Shown here: positions 1 to 9,450 of the stretch, one piece after another
How positions within the stretch are numbered: the first letter of the stretch is position 1
How the letters are laid out: every line of letters begins with the position of its first letter
Assembly: GCA_964446735.1 (NCBI GenBank)
Contig: CAYUQB010000001.1
Coordinates: forward strand, 111,270-175,269
DNA: 64,000 nt
Source of the DNA: an uncultured Candidatus Saccharibacteria bacterium
GTDB lineage: Bacteria > Patescibacteriota > Minisyncoccia > Phycocordibacterales > Phycocordibacteraceae
Reading direction: 5' to 3'
The notes under the pieces: model-generated
What the model was told of the DNA's origin: nothing
What the model saw: the letters and a program-made list of their open reading frames with translations, nothing else
The model's database searches: none
Translations under genes and position numbers: made by a program

Positions 1-8
1 ACAGGCAT

Positions 9-1040
9 TTAGGCAATAATACCACCACCGCGCACCTGGTCGCCCTCGTAGAAAACCAGAGACTGGCCATGTGCGACCGGCTCAGTAATGGGTACGAGTG
101 GAGTAAATACCCTATTGGACACCGTTCCTTCAACGTGCGGTCCGTGATACCGATACTGCGCGGTGAGAACCTCGGATGCCATAGGTTCGCGAAACCAGTT
201 GGTATCGGTAAGGGTAAGTGCAGTAGTCGGAAGCGAAATCGTTCGCTTCTTGCCAACGATCAGCACGTTATTGCGGAGATCCTTGCGTAGGACGTACCAT
301 GGCCCGGGCGGTGCATCAGCAAGTGCAATACGTTCACCAAGTGTCACCAGGAGTGCTCCGCGATGCTTACCAATTGTGCGGCCCTCTTCGTCAACCGCGC
401 TACCCGGCTCAACCCCGAACTGATTGGTAAGAAAATCATCCATCGACACAGGACCCAGAAAGCAAATTCCTTGGCTGTCTTTCTTTACTGCATTTGGAAG
501 TCCAAGCGTGCGTGCACGGGAACGCACTTCTGCCTTGTTCATTTCTCCAAGCGGAAAGCGGGTCATGGCGAGAGCCTCGGGTGATATCGCCCAGAGAAAA
601 TAGCTTTGGTCCTTGTCTGGATCGACTCCCCGAAACAGGTTTCCACCCTCGTGCCGTGCGTAATGGCCGGTGGCAATCAGATCGGCACCATGTTGTTTCG
701 CGAATTCATAAAACGCACCGAACTTTACATCGCGATTGCACATAATGTCGGGATTTGGTGTACGCCCCGCTCCATACTCGCGCACCAGGTACTCAATAAC
801 CGACTCCTTATAACTCTCCGATGCATCGAGCGTATGGAATGGGATACGAAGATGTGCCGCGACCCGCATCGCATCCTTACGATCCTCTGCCCAGGTACAG
901 GGAAGACCTTCTGGGTACCAGCCCTTAATGAATACCCCGACAACGTCAGCGCCTGCATGCTGGAGGAGTGCGGCCGTCACCGCGGAATCTACACCGCCTG
1001 AAAGTCCAACAAATATGCGTTTGCCGCGTACGTCCTGCAT
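9..1040 (-). CDS. mnmA: tRNA-specific 2-thiouridylase MnmA
   Basis: 343 aa ORF with N-terminal PP-loop SGGVDS and a conserved MnmA-like C-terminal domain. Confidence 0.85.
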   Translation of the reverse strand: MQDVRGKRIFVGLSGGVDSAVTAALLQHAGADVVGVFIKGWYPEGLPCTWAEDRKDAMRVAAHLRIPFHTLDASESYKESVIEYLVREYGAGRTPNPDIMCNRDVKFGAFYEFAKQHGADLIATGHYARHEGGNLFRGVDPDKDQSYFLWAISPEALAMTRFPLGEMNKAEVRSRARTLGLPNAVKKDSQGICFLGPVSMDDFLTNQFGVEPGSAVDEEGRTIGKHRGALLVTLGERIALADAPPGPWYVLRKDLRNNVLIVGKKRTISLPTTALTLTDTNWFREPMASEVLTAQYRYHGPHVEGTVSNRVFTPLVPITEPVAHGQSLVFYEGDQVRGGGIIA

Positions 1041-1127
1041 GTCATTGGTATAGCATCCTTGACACTCCTTCGGTAGTTGTCATTATTGTAGTATCAGAAA
1101 CGCGAGATTCGGAAGGAGGTACGTTCT

Positions 1128-1427
1128 TTGCAAACCGCTTCGAACAGCTTCATCATTGTGCGTTTGGCTAAATCGCGTTCGCTCATGCTCTACGACCCCA
1201 ACGGCAAAGGCCTGCGGCAGACGAGCGACCGAGAGTTGCGCGGCATCGTCCGAGAGATCCAGGGCGTGGAGTGGGCGCTCTTCCCCCGGTACGGCAACTT
1301 CGGCATCCCGATCACGGGAGACGGTAGTCCGGCGTGCGAGAGCGATCTTGAGCTAGCTAAATCCTACGAGGATGTCGAGAGCTATGAACTCTCGTCAGAT
1401 CCTTTTCCTGAGGAAACGGCCCCATGA
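1128..1427 (+). CDS. hypothetical small protein (99 aa), TTG start
   Basis: GGAAGGAGGT Shine-Dalgarno 7 nt upstream of TTG at 1128. Lies in the mnmA-mltG intergenic region and is GC-rich. Confidence 0.35.
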   Translation: MQTASNSFIIVRLAKSRSLMLYDPNGKGLRQTSDRELRGIVREIQGVEWALFPRYGNFGIPITGDGSPACESDLELAKSYEDVESYELSSDPFPEETAP

Positions 1428-1478
1428 TGGACGCGAAGCTCTGGGTGGCCGCGGACGGACGACTCCGCGGCCACTTAT

Positions 1479-2489
1479 CTATTGTAAATACGCTTTTTTG
1501 TTGGCAACATGCTCGGCAAATGTCTTTGCATAGTGCATACGCCCGTCAGTACCCGTGAGGTAGTAGAGGTAGGGAGATTCACGAGGCGTGAATGCTGCAC
1601 GTATTGATTCCTCTCCTGGGTTATTAATTGCCGTTGGCGGCAACCCTTTATACCGATACGTGTTATACGCCGAATCGCTCGCGAGATCCTTCGCGGTAGG
1701 CGTATACCCGGTCACGCCATGAATGTATCCGAATGTGGCGTCCACTTGAAGCGGCATGCCCAGTTGAATTCGCTTCCAGAGGATGCCAGCAATAATGCGT
1801 CTATCCTCAAGTGTCTTTCCTTCGGCTTCAAGTAGCGAAGCCATGATGATGACATCATGCTCCGATCTACCGAACTCGGTCAGTTCATCGCTATACCGAT
1901 CCATACGCGCTTCGTAGTTAGCCCGCATGATGTTCATGGCCTCCTCTTCCGTAGTGCTTGGGAGAAAGAAGTAGGTGTCCGGAAATAGATATCCCTCTGC
2001 GGGAAGTGCAATCGTACGGAATCGCTCTGCATCAAAGTTCGGTATCCGTTCTCCAAGCTGCACACTCATTTGTCGTACCGTGGTCCCTTCCGGGAACGTA
2101 AGTCGGTGCGTCGGCAACCCTGAAATCCCATGCGAGAGATTCCAAACGATTTCTACCACTCCCACCGGCTTCGTGAAGGCATATGCACCACTTTTGATAC
2201 CCTGATCCCCCGCTATCGCGCGAGCAACAATCTTGTACACCAACACTGAGTCAATGTATCCGGCAGCATGAAGCTGTTCACCGGCAGCCGTAATGCTTGT
2301 CTTATACGCAATGGTGATGGGAGTATCGACCGGAAAGTTAGACGTCGGCTTAATGAACACCCACCAGCTTGCGATGCCTATAGCAATAAGCACAACGCCT
2401 AGTGCGATGTACGCATACTGCAGACGCTCGAGGTGCATTGCGAGAGCCAGCCCGATGCCTCGTGCTCGATCACTAAGTGCTTCGTACAT
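1479..2489 (-). CDS. mltG: endolytic murein transglycosylase MltG/YceG family
   Basis: N-terminal TM helix and YceG C-terminal motifs (LQVDATFGY, YNTYRYKGLPPTAI). Confidence 0.8.
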   Translation of the reverse strand: MYEALSDRARGIGLALAMHLERLQYAYIALGVVLIAIGIASWWVFIKPTSNFPVDTPITIAYKTSITAAGEQLHAAGYIDSVLVYKIVARAIAGDQGIKSGAYAFTKPVGVVEIVWNLSHGISGLPTHRLTFPEGTTVRQMSVQLGERIPNFDAERFRTIALPAEGYLFPDTYFFLPSTTEEEAMNIMRANYEARMDRYSDELTEFGRSEHDVIIMASLLEAEGKTLEDRRIIAGILWKRIQLGMPLQVDATFGYIHGVTGYTPTAKDLASDSAYNTYRYKGLPPTAINNPGEESIRAAFTPRESPYLYYLTGTDGRMHYAKTFAEHVANKKAYLQ

Positions 2490-2490
2490 G

Positions 2491-3879
2491 CTAGGTGGGC
2501 AGATTCGACGGCGCCTCGCTCGTTGACGACTGGATGCGCGGGAGCGACGGAGTGGTCACACCACTCGTTGGGATATGAAAGAGCGTCGCCAACTCCTCAG
2601 TGTTCATGACGAGCCAGGGCATCTTATACGGCTCGTTGAAGTACGAGCGTCTCCGGTATGAGTCAACGAGCCCGTGCGAAACGTGGCCACGATGGATACC
2701 CTTTGGGTCCTCCCACGGCCAGTCATCAAAGTTGGCATACCATCTCGTGATCGCTAGGCTGTTGGTGATTTCTGAAGAGAACGGCTTCCACAATCCGATA
2801 AGGTGACTCACCACGATTCCTTGGAATGCATCGCGAGGAGCAGTGTAGAGCGCACGAATGCCCACATCAAAGAGCGGTTTCGAAAGTTTGCGTTCAATAT
2901 CTTCCATTTGTTTCTGCTGCCCTTTAGAGAGCGGCGAGAAGCTTTCGCTCTCGTACGATTCCCCGCTTTTCGGATCAATCTGCTTGGTCTTGCGCATCGC
3001 GGCTGCGCGAATCTTATCAATCTCCTCGTTCTTCTCGTCCTTAATCCCATATTTACTACCCGACTTGGTTTTCATACCGGCATACTTCTCACCCTTAGAT
3101 ACACGTACCAGTATCTGAATCCAGAACTGCTCCTTGGGCGAAAGTGAGCCCATGAATTCAATGATCTGGGCAAGGGGATCGACCTGCTCCTCAGGCTTTG
3201 CAAGTGGAGACGTCGGATTCATGAACTCAGCGTAGGTGCGAAGTGGATATACGTCCTTACCAAGCGAAAACTTGTACTCTGTACCCCAAAGATCGAACGG
3301 CGGGTGTGATGGATCAACGAGAAGGCTGTAATCTGTTGCTTCCACGATTTCAACTTCCGGGTACTGTGCGTAGATGTAGCTCTCGACGCCGCGCCTAAAG
3401 CCTTTGCGGGTTCGCACATAGAGATGCACGCGCCCCCCGAGCGATACGATCTCAAACGACCACGAGGGGCGGACCGCACCTAGCACGATCCGCTTCCACC
3501 ACGTGGACTCACCGGGTGAGAGATGGAGCGCGGAGAATACCGCCTCCATCGCCAGAGGTGTTTTGCGTACCTCACGAGGAACCCGTATTTCAAGTAGTAC
3601 GTATTCCTGTCGAGCAATCCACGCTAACCGATTAGCTGCCATCCAACGAATAATGCCGAAATACCCGAGAAGGATTGGAAGCCAGATTGGCGAGATGAGC
3701 GCCAGGAGCTCAAAGTTCTTGAGCGTCTGATACGGTGCAATCGTGAGGAATGCGACGTTAGCTGCAATGAAGCAGTAGATGAAGGGACGCGCAGTGAGCA
3801 AAATACCTCGCTCGTGTGCAAAGTGCAGGGGGTCAAAGCCTCCAGATGACATGGAGAAAGTATAGCAAAGGAGCCGCAC
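2491..3879 (-). CDS. hypothetical membrane protein (462 aa)
   Basis: Long ORF with N-terminal hydrophobic helices and a charged soluble C-terminal region. Adjoins the mltG start. Confidence 0.6.
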   Translation of the reverse strand: MRLLCYTFSMSSGGFDPLHFAHERGILLTARPFIYCFIAANVAFLTIAPYQTLKNFELLALISPIWLPILLGYFGIIRWMAANRLAWIARQEYVLLEIRVPREVRKTPLAMEAVFSALHLSPGESTWWKRIVLGAVRPSWSFEIVSLGGRVHLYVRTRKGFRRGVESYIYAQYPEVEIVEATDYSLLVDPSHPPFDLWGTEYKFSLGKDVYPLRTYAEFMNPTSPLAKPEEQVDPLAQIIEFMGSLSPKEQFWIQILVRVSKGEKYAGMKTKSGSKYGIKDEKNEEIDKIRAAAMRKTKQIDPKSGESYESESFSPLSKGQQKQMEDIERKLSKPLFDVGIRALYTAPRDAFQGIVVSHLIGLWKPFSSEITNSLAITRWYANFDDWPWEDPKGIHRGHVSHGLVDSYRRRSYFNEPYKMPWLVMNTEELATLFHIPTSGVTTPSLPRIQSSTSEAPSNLPT

Positions 3880-3915
3880 GATATGCGGCTCCTGTGCTGT
3901 TGATGCGGTGCGTAG

Positions 3916-5004
3916 TTACACCGTCGTGTACTTCCCTTCTTTGTTCTTCTTGAAGTACCGGGTGTCGTTGAGGTTCACCAGAATCGTATTGTCTTTCACG
4001 TAACGAACCTTCTTCACTGCCGTGATAACTTCGTCGCGGGTAAGCGCCTTTCCTTTCAGAACATCACGAATCACCTCGCGTACCACACCAGGCTGGAAAC
4101 CCCACTCGGCAAGTGCATAGAGTCCACGACCAACGAGGACAAATCGAGAGTCCTTGATCAGTTCGTTGTGCGTAGTTGCAACATGCGCTTTCTTTGAAAA
4201 CGTCTCGGTAATAGCTGCAGCAACATCGGAGAAGTGCATTGGCTCGCCCTTCTTCTTGATGACGAGATACGCGTAGTCGCGGATACCCTTCGTGCGGATG
4301 GCAGGTGCCTGTGCCTTACCCCACTCGGAAAGTGGGTTGCTTGCGATTGATTTGGAGAGCGAAAGCCACCGCTTGAGAATTTCTTCATTGCGGTATGCGG
4401 CATTCACTTCCTTCAATTCCTCAAGGAAGCGATTGATGATCTCTCCTTCCGGAAGCACTTCAGCGTCATCGAGTGTTGCATAGAGACGGGTGAGTGCCGA
4501 GTGGACCATATCGGCGGTGCGATGATCCACATGCCACCTAGCATAGAACTCATCGGTTTCGCGTTCGCGGAAAAAGGCACTTCCGACAACCAGGAGGAAG
4601 CGGATACGATTACGGCTCTTCTCATCGATCGCAAGACCGGAAAGGAGTGCGTCTTCAGGAATCACAGAGCCCTGGGCCTCGATGTATGCACGCAGCTCTT
4701 CAAACGAACCTTCGGAATCATGAAAAGCGCGGGAATGGCGAATGGCCTCAATACCGGAAGCCTCGATCTGACGGACGCGTTCGCGGGTAATACCCCAGCG
4801 CTCACCGATTGCCTCAAGCGTGTCGCGTTCGCTTGCGGAGCCAAGTCCGAATCGGTACACGAGAACCTCGCGCGCACGCTCTGGTACTTCAGCCAGAAGC
4901 TTCTTTACGAGCCCCGCGGTATCGAACGACAGCTTAGCCGGCTGCTTTTTGGAAGCCGTCTGAGAAGCCTTGGATTTGACTACCTTTTTCGCCATATTTC
5001 GCAA
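3916..5004 (-). CDS. sigma-70 region 4 (HTH) domain fusion protein
   Basis: N-terminal segment ...VLVYRFGL...TLEAIGERWGITRERVRQIEASGIEAIRH matches the sigma-70 region 4 signature, followed by about 250 aa of unknown function. Confidence 0.6.
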   Translation of the reverse strand: MRNMAKKVVKSKASQTASKKQPAKLSFDTAGLVKKLLAEVPERAREVLVYRFGLGSASERDTLEAIGERWGITRERVRQIEASGIEAIRHSRAFHDSEGSFEELRAYIEAQGSVIPEDALLSGLAIDEKSRNRIRFLLVVGSAFFRERETDEFYARWHVDHRTADMVHSALTRLYATLDDAEVLPEGEIINRFLEELKEVNAAYRNEEILKRWLSLSKSIASNPLSEWGKAQAPAIRTKGIRDYAYLVIKKKGEPMHFSDVAAAITETFSKKAHVATTHNELIKDSRFVLVGRGLYALAEWGFQPGVVREVIRDVLKGKALTRDEVITAVKKVRYVKDNTILVNLNDTRYFKKNKEGKYTTV

Positions 5005-5058
5005 TGATTAATGTGTTATAGTTATATCAAATAGAGTCAAAACCGTCAAATCTGTGGA

Positions 5059-7902
5059 TTACACCACAAGGTTAAGGACTCGTCCGGGCACATAAATGAC
5101 CCGCGCAGGCTCCTTACCACCAAGTGCGGCCGTGACCGCCGGGACGGTACGCATAGCTTCGAGAGCCGCTGCCTCATCGGCGTCAGGAGAAAGAAGCACT
5201 TCTCCTCGCTTTTTCCCGTTTACCTGAACCGGAACCGATACTTCACTCTGCTGTATGAGAGCCGGGTCGTAGCTTGGCCACGAAGAGAGATGAATGGAAT
5301 CACCCTCTCCACAGGCCTGCCACAATTCTTCGGTGATATGTGGCGCAAAGGGTGCCAATACTTGGAGAAACCGCTTCCACTGATCACGACCGATGCTCCG
5401 TGCTTCTTCGAGGGCGTTCAGGAAGACCATGCACTGACTCACTGCAGTATTAAACTTAAAGGCTTCAATGTCGTCAGTCACCTTTTTAATTGTTTGCTGG
5501 AGTGTCGACTCAAGACTGGGCGTATCGGTATCTACCACCAGCTCCTGTGCTCGCCAGATACGGTCTACGAACCGAGAGGTGCCGGCAATAGATGCAGTCG
5601 ACCAGGCGACAGTATTTTCAAAGGGGCCCATAAACATTTCATAGAGGCGGAAGGCATCTGCTCCATACTCCATAACTACATCATCCGGATTGATGACATT
5701 ACCGTACCGTTTACTCATCTTCCTTCCATCCTCGGCAAGAATGAAGCCGAGGAATTCCAAACGCTTGAAAGGCTCGCTCGTCGTGACAACCGCGATGTCA
5801 TATAGAAACTTATGCCAAAACCGAGCATAGATTAGATGGCGAACGGCATGATCTCCACCAACATACACATCAACCGGTGCCCAATGCGTTTCGCTCTTGC
5901 GAGAGACTGGTTCATGCTCGTTATGCGGATCCATAAACCGGAGGTAGTACCAGGATGAACCCGCCCACTGCGGCATGGTATTCGTCTCACGCGTTGCCGG
6001 ACCACCACACTTAGGACACGTGGTGTTCACCCACTCGGAAATACCTGCAAGCGGTGACTCGCCCGTTCCAGTCGGCTCGTAATGATCGACATCAGGAAGT
6101 CGTACCGGCAGATCCTCGTACGGGACTGGTACTACACCATCAGTCGAACAATGAATAAGGGGAATGGGCTCTCCCCAGTATCGTTGTCGCGAAAATATCC
6201 AGTCCTTGAGTTTGTAGGCTGTAGTGCGCCGGGCAAGCCCGTGTTCCTCGCAGTAGTTGATGATCTCCTGTCGTACGTGGGTTGCAATCTTGCCGGCAAA
6301 TTCCGTCGGCTCAGTAAGAATGCCGTTCGCCATATCGGTCCACGGTGTTGGCGCCTGGAAGCGCTTCCATACGAAACGCTGAAGGGGAGCAGTGAGGATA
6401 GTCTCAAGTTCTTCTCCCGAGACCCAGCGCATCGTGTGCTTACTGTTCTCGCTTTCCTCTATGACTGCCTGCTCATCATTCTCAAGTTCAAAGTAAAGCG
6501 CTTGGAAATGACCGAATCGGTTTTCCCCTTTCGGTGGATGATAGAACTGGCTGTGGGACATACCAAGTTCCCGAATGAACGTAGGATTCAGATACCCGGT
6601 TTCCTCTCGTATTTCGGCGACTGCTGCCTCAACCGCGGTCTGCCCCTCTTCGATGCCGCCCGTGATCATGGTGGTCCATGCCACCTTTTTCCAGTCCAAA
6701 ACCAAATACTTCTCTTCACTCCAGTGCTTTACAAGTGCGGTAATGGCATTCCGTTCAACAAACGGAAGTTCTGGACGTACCCTGTCCTCACCGCTGGTTG
6801 CAACAAAGAGTGGTTCAAGCACCTCCTTGAGAGGAATACCGAACTTATGTGCAAACGCAAAGTCTCGCTCGTCATGAGCCGAGCATTTCACAATACCGGT
6901 GCCATAGTCCGCGAGTGCGTAACTGGCGACCCAAATGGGAAGCTCTCCGTTCCCTACCGGATCGACGGTGTAGCGACCGGTGAAGATGCCGTCAATATCT
7001 TTCGTCCCCTCATACCCCGCTCGCGCTCGTGCCTCAACCATATCCTTGGCCTTCGCGAGTACCTTCTGCTCAGTCGGCGTCCCCGCGACTAGTTCAGGAA
7101 GTCGAGGATGATCTGGGGCAATAACTACAAACGTGTCTGCACGGAATGCTTCAAAGTGTGCCGAGAACGTTTCAAGAACGATGTCGGTATCTTTTACGGG
7201 CGAGCTGAAGATAAGCCCTTCCGAGCGACCAATCCAGTTCCGCTGCGCTTCTTTGATATGTTCTGGCCATTCAAGTGAATCAAGGTCGGATAGGAGTCGA
7301 TCCGCGTACGCTGTGATTTTTAGCACCCATTGAGGCAGTGCTCGCTTTTCTACTTTTGTGCCGCACCGTTCGCAGACATCTCCATCGAGGTCTTCGTTCG
7401 CAAGACCCGTCATGCAGGACGGACACCAGTTGATGGGTTCATTGCTTTGATAGACGAGGCCATGCTCGAACATCTTGAGGAAAATCCATTGGGTCCAGCG
7501 ATAGTAGTCAGGATCGGTGGTGTTGATCTCTCGTGACCAGTCGTAATCAAAACCAATGTGCGCAAGCTGCTCCTTGAAATGAGCGATGTTACGCTCCACG
7601 GCCTCACGAGGGTGCACTTTGTGCTTGAGCGCGAAGTTCTCCGCAGGAAGACCGAACGCATCCCACCCCATGGGATGCAAAACTGAACGACCTCGCATAC
7701 GCATAAGGCGCGAGTAGATATCTGTCGCTATATAGCCCTTTGGATGCCCTACATGCAGTCCCTCACCGGACGGATACGGGAACATATCAAGCACATAGGC
7801 TTTCTCTTTATTCGGATCATCACTGGCAGCGTAGATTTTGTCAGCAGACCATTTCTCCTGCCATTTCCGTTCTACTGCTTTGTGGTCGTATCGCTCTGCC
7901 AT
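5059..7902 (-). CDS. leuS: leucyl-tRNA synthetase with inserted Nudix-fold domain
   Basis: HVGHP (HIGH), KMSKR and YKLKDWIFSRQRYWGEPIP motifs. 947 aa, about 100-130 aa longer than typical bacterial LeuS. Confidence 0.9.
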   Translation of the reverse strand: MAERYDHKAVERKWQEKWSADKIYAASDDPNKEKAYVLDMFPYPSGEGLHVGHPKGYIATDIYSRLMRMRGRSVLHPMGWDAFGLPAENFALKHKVHPREAVERNIAHFKEQLAHIGFDYDWSREINTTDPDYYRWTQWIFLKMFEHGLVYQSNEPINWCPSCMTGLANEDLDGDVCERCGTKVEKRALPQWVLKITAYADRLLSDLDSLEWPEHIKEAQRNWIGRSEGLIFSSPVKDTDIVLETFSAHFEAFRADTFVVIAPDHPRLPELVAGTPTEQKVLAKAKDMVEARARAGYEGTKDIDGIFTGRYTVDPVGNGELPIWVASYALADYGTGIVKCSAHDERDFAFAHKFGIPLKEVLEPLFVATSGEDRVRPELPFVERNAITALVKHWSEEKYLVLDWKKVAWTTMITGGIEEGQTAVEAAVAEIREETGYLNPTFIRELGMSHSQFYHPPKGENRFGHFQALYFELENDEQAVIEESENSKHTMRWVSGEELETILTAPLQRFVWKRFQAPTPWTDMANGILTEPTEFAGKIATHVRQEIINYCEEHGLARRTTAYKLKDWIFSRQRYWGEPIPLIHCSTDGVVPVPYEDLPVRLPDVDHYEPTGTGESPLAGISEWVNTTCPKCGGPATRETNTMPQWAGSSWYYLRFMDPHNEHEPVSRKSETHWAPVDVYVGGDHAVRHLIYARFWHKFLYDIAVVTTSEPFKRLEFLGFILAEDGRKMSKRYGNVINPDDVVMEYGADAFRLYEMFMGPFENTVAWSTASIAGTSRFVDRIWRAQELVVDTDTPSLESTLQQTIKKVTDDIEAFKFNTAVSQCMVFLNALEEARSIGRDQWKRFLQVLAPFAPHITEELWQACGEGDSIHLSSWPSYDPALIQQSEVSVPVQVNGKKRGEVLLSPDADEAAALEAMRTVPAVTAALGGKEPARVIYVPGRVLNLVV
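6358..6780 (-). other. Nudix-fold insertion domain inside LeuS (approx. residues 375-515)
   Basis: ...YLVLDWKKVAWTTMITGGIEEGQTAVEAAVAEIREETGY... has a Nudix-like beta-strand plus REETG helix. The Nudix box is partly degenerate. Confidence 0.55.
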
Positions 7903-7908
7903 GAGGCT

Positions 7909-8928
7909 CTAGAGCGGCATGGGCTTGCCTGGGAAATCGCGCAGCGGAGGATACTTATCTGGATCAATGGTGCGGTCAAAGCAGACCATACCTGCGTCAT
8001 GCTTCCAGCTACCACCCCCTACAATCCCAAATTCAGAAGGGTATGCGACATCGCGTCCATAGCCTCCCTTTCCTTCCATGTCAGGAGTCGCAGCATTGAA
8101 TGTTGTGCAGAGTTTGAATGAAAGATTTCCCGTTTTCTCATAGGTGTAGGCGGCTTTCGTTTCCGGGTCAGTCGGCACGACATACCCCGAGAGTGCGTCT
8201 GTGAGTTCCTCAAGACTAGTCGGAAGTACCTGCTTCTGCTGGTAGTAATAGACAACCTGAGATTGGATGCCTTGGAGATCACTCGTCTTCTGCGAATCGA
8301 AACGCAGATCACGCATGTGCGAAGGAGTTCCAATGATGAAGAAACCGGCAGCGATCGTGGCGAGCGTAAGTACGCCAACGCCAATACCAATCATGTTCGC
8401 TTTCTTTGCATGTGCGATCCAATAGCCCTTGAGATCCGCTAGGAAGTGGAGGAATACTCCTGCGGCAACCAGTAGCACCACCAGTACCTTGAGACCGAAT
8501 CGGACAGTGATTTCCCCACCCAGGAACGTGTTCGTGAGCGTCACCAAGTCGACGAGAATAGTAACGGTAGCAATGAAAAGCGTGAGTACCAGTGCCCAGC
8601 GGCGTACCCAGATCGTTGCCTTACCGGGTTCTGCAACGATCGAGCCACGAATGAGATGGAGGCAGACGAGCGTCGTGGGCACCAACACAATGAGAGCGGC
8701 CATTGAGAAGCGCACTGCACCACCATACGGATCACCATAATAGGCGAGCGGATCCGGAAACGAATAATTGATGTACTCAAATACGAGTGCGAGGAACGAG
8801 CTGATACTTCCGTAGAGCGCAATGACCGTAAGGAGCCAGAGGAAGAAGTCTTTTGGCGAAGTTTTCGATACAGGAGCAACGGGTGCTGGAGCGGGTGTGG
8901 TGTCCATATGCGCGGAATTATACCACAA
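7909..8928 (-). CDS. hypothetical polytopic membrane protein (339 aa)
   Basis: About 5 predicted TM helices followed by a soluble C-terminal domain. Confidence 0.6.
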   Translation of the reverse strand: MWYNSAHMDTTPAPAPVAPVSKTSPKDFFLWLLTVIALYGSISSFLALVFEYINYSFPDPLAYYGDPYGGAVRFSMAALIVLVPTTLVCLHLIRGSIVAEPGKATIWVRRWALVLTLFIATVTILVDLVTLTNTFLGGEITVRFGLKVLVVLLVAAGVFLHFLADLKGYWIAHAKKANMIGIGVGVLTLATIAAGFFIIGTPSHMRDLRFDSQKTSDLQGIQSQVVYYYQQKQVLPTSLEELTDALSGYVVPTDPETKAAYTYEKTGNLSFKLCTTFNAATPDMEGKGGYGRDVAYPSEFGIVGGGSWKHDAGMVCFDRTIDPDKYPPLRDFPGKPMPL

Positions 8929-8933
8929 AACCT

Positions 8934-9434
8934 CTACATCTTGCGGTATATGGCGGTGTGGCCGATGGTGCCCTCGAACAGCTTCTCGAACCCAGGAAAT
9001 TCAGGAAGTTTATTGCCCGCGTAGTTGAGATAAAAAATACCTCCTGTCTTGAGAACGCGTGCAATCTCATTGATCATCGCGTCCTGATTCTGTTGATACA
9101 CACTGGTATCGAACGTCCCAACGGAGGTGACGTAATCAAATGTCTCATCCCTAAAAGGCAGTTGCTCTACATGTGCTGCAACTTGGTTTGAAAAGTTGTT
9201 CCGAGGTTCTCGATCGACCCCGATCATATCGATTCCCTGTGTGCGTGCGTACTCAATGAGCGCACCTTTCCCTGAACCAATATCAAGAAACTTACCCTCT
9301 GGATTCAGTTCAAGTCCGGCTTGAGTCAGCTGTATTTTGAACAGATTGAGCATATCTTCCGCTTCCAAATCGGTACGGGTGAGATCCTCCCATTTTCTCT
9401 CCGGAGAAGACCAGCTCTTCCGTTCAATACTCAT
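8934..9434 (-). CDS. SAM-dependent methyltransferase (small, 166 aa)
   Basis: Motif I LDIGSGKGALIEYA...IGVD, typical of class I methyltransferases. Confidence 0.7.
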   Translation of the reverse strand: MSIERKSWSSPERKWEDLTRTDLEAEDMLNLFKIQLTQAGLELNPEGKFLDIGSGKGALIEYARTQGIDMIGVDREPRNNFSNQVAAHVEQLPFRDETFDYVTSVGTFDTSVYQQNQDAMINEIARVLKTGGIFYLNYAGNKLPEFPGFEKLFEGTIGHTAIYRKM

Positions 9435-9450
9435 GGAGAAAGTATAGCGG

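Noticed and set aside
5290-7092. Long + strand ORFs (171 aa and 336 aa) inside leuS
   Set aside because: They are antisense to a strongly supported leuS reading frame, with low-complexity translations and no family similarity. They are typical shadow ORFs.
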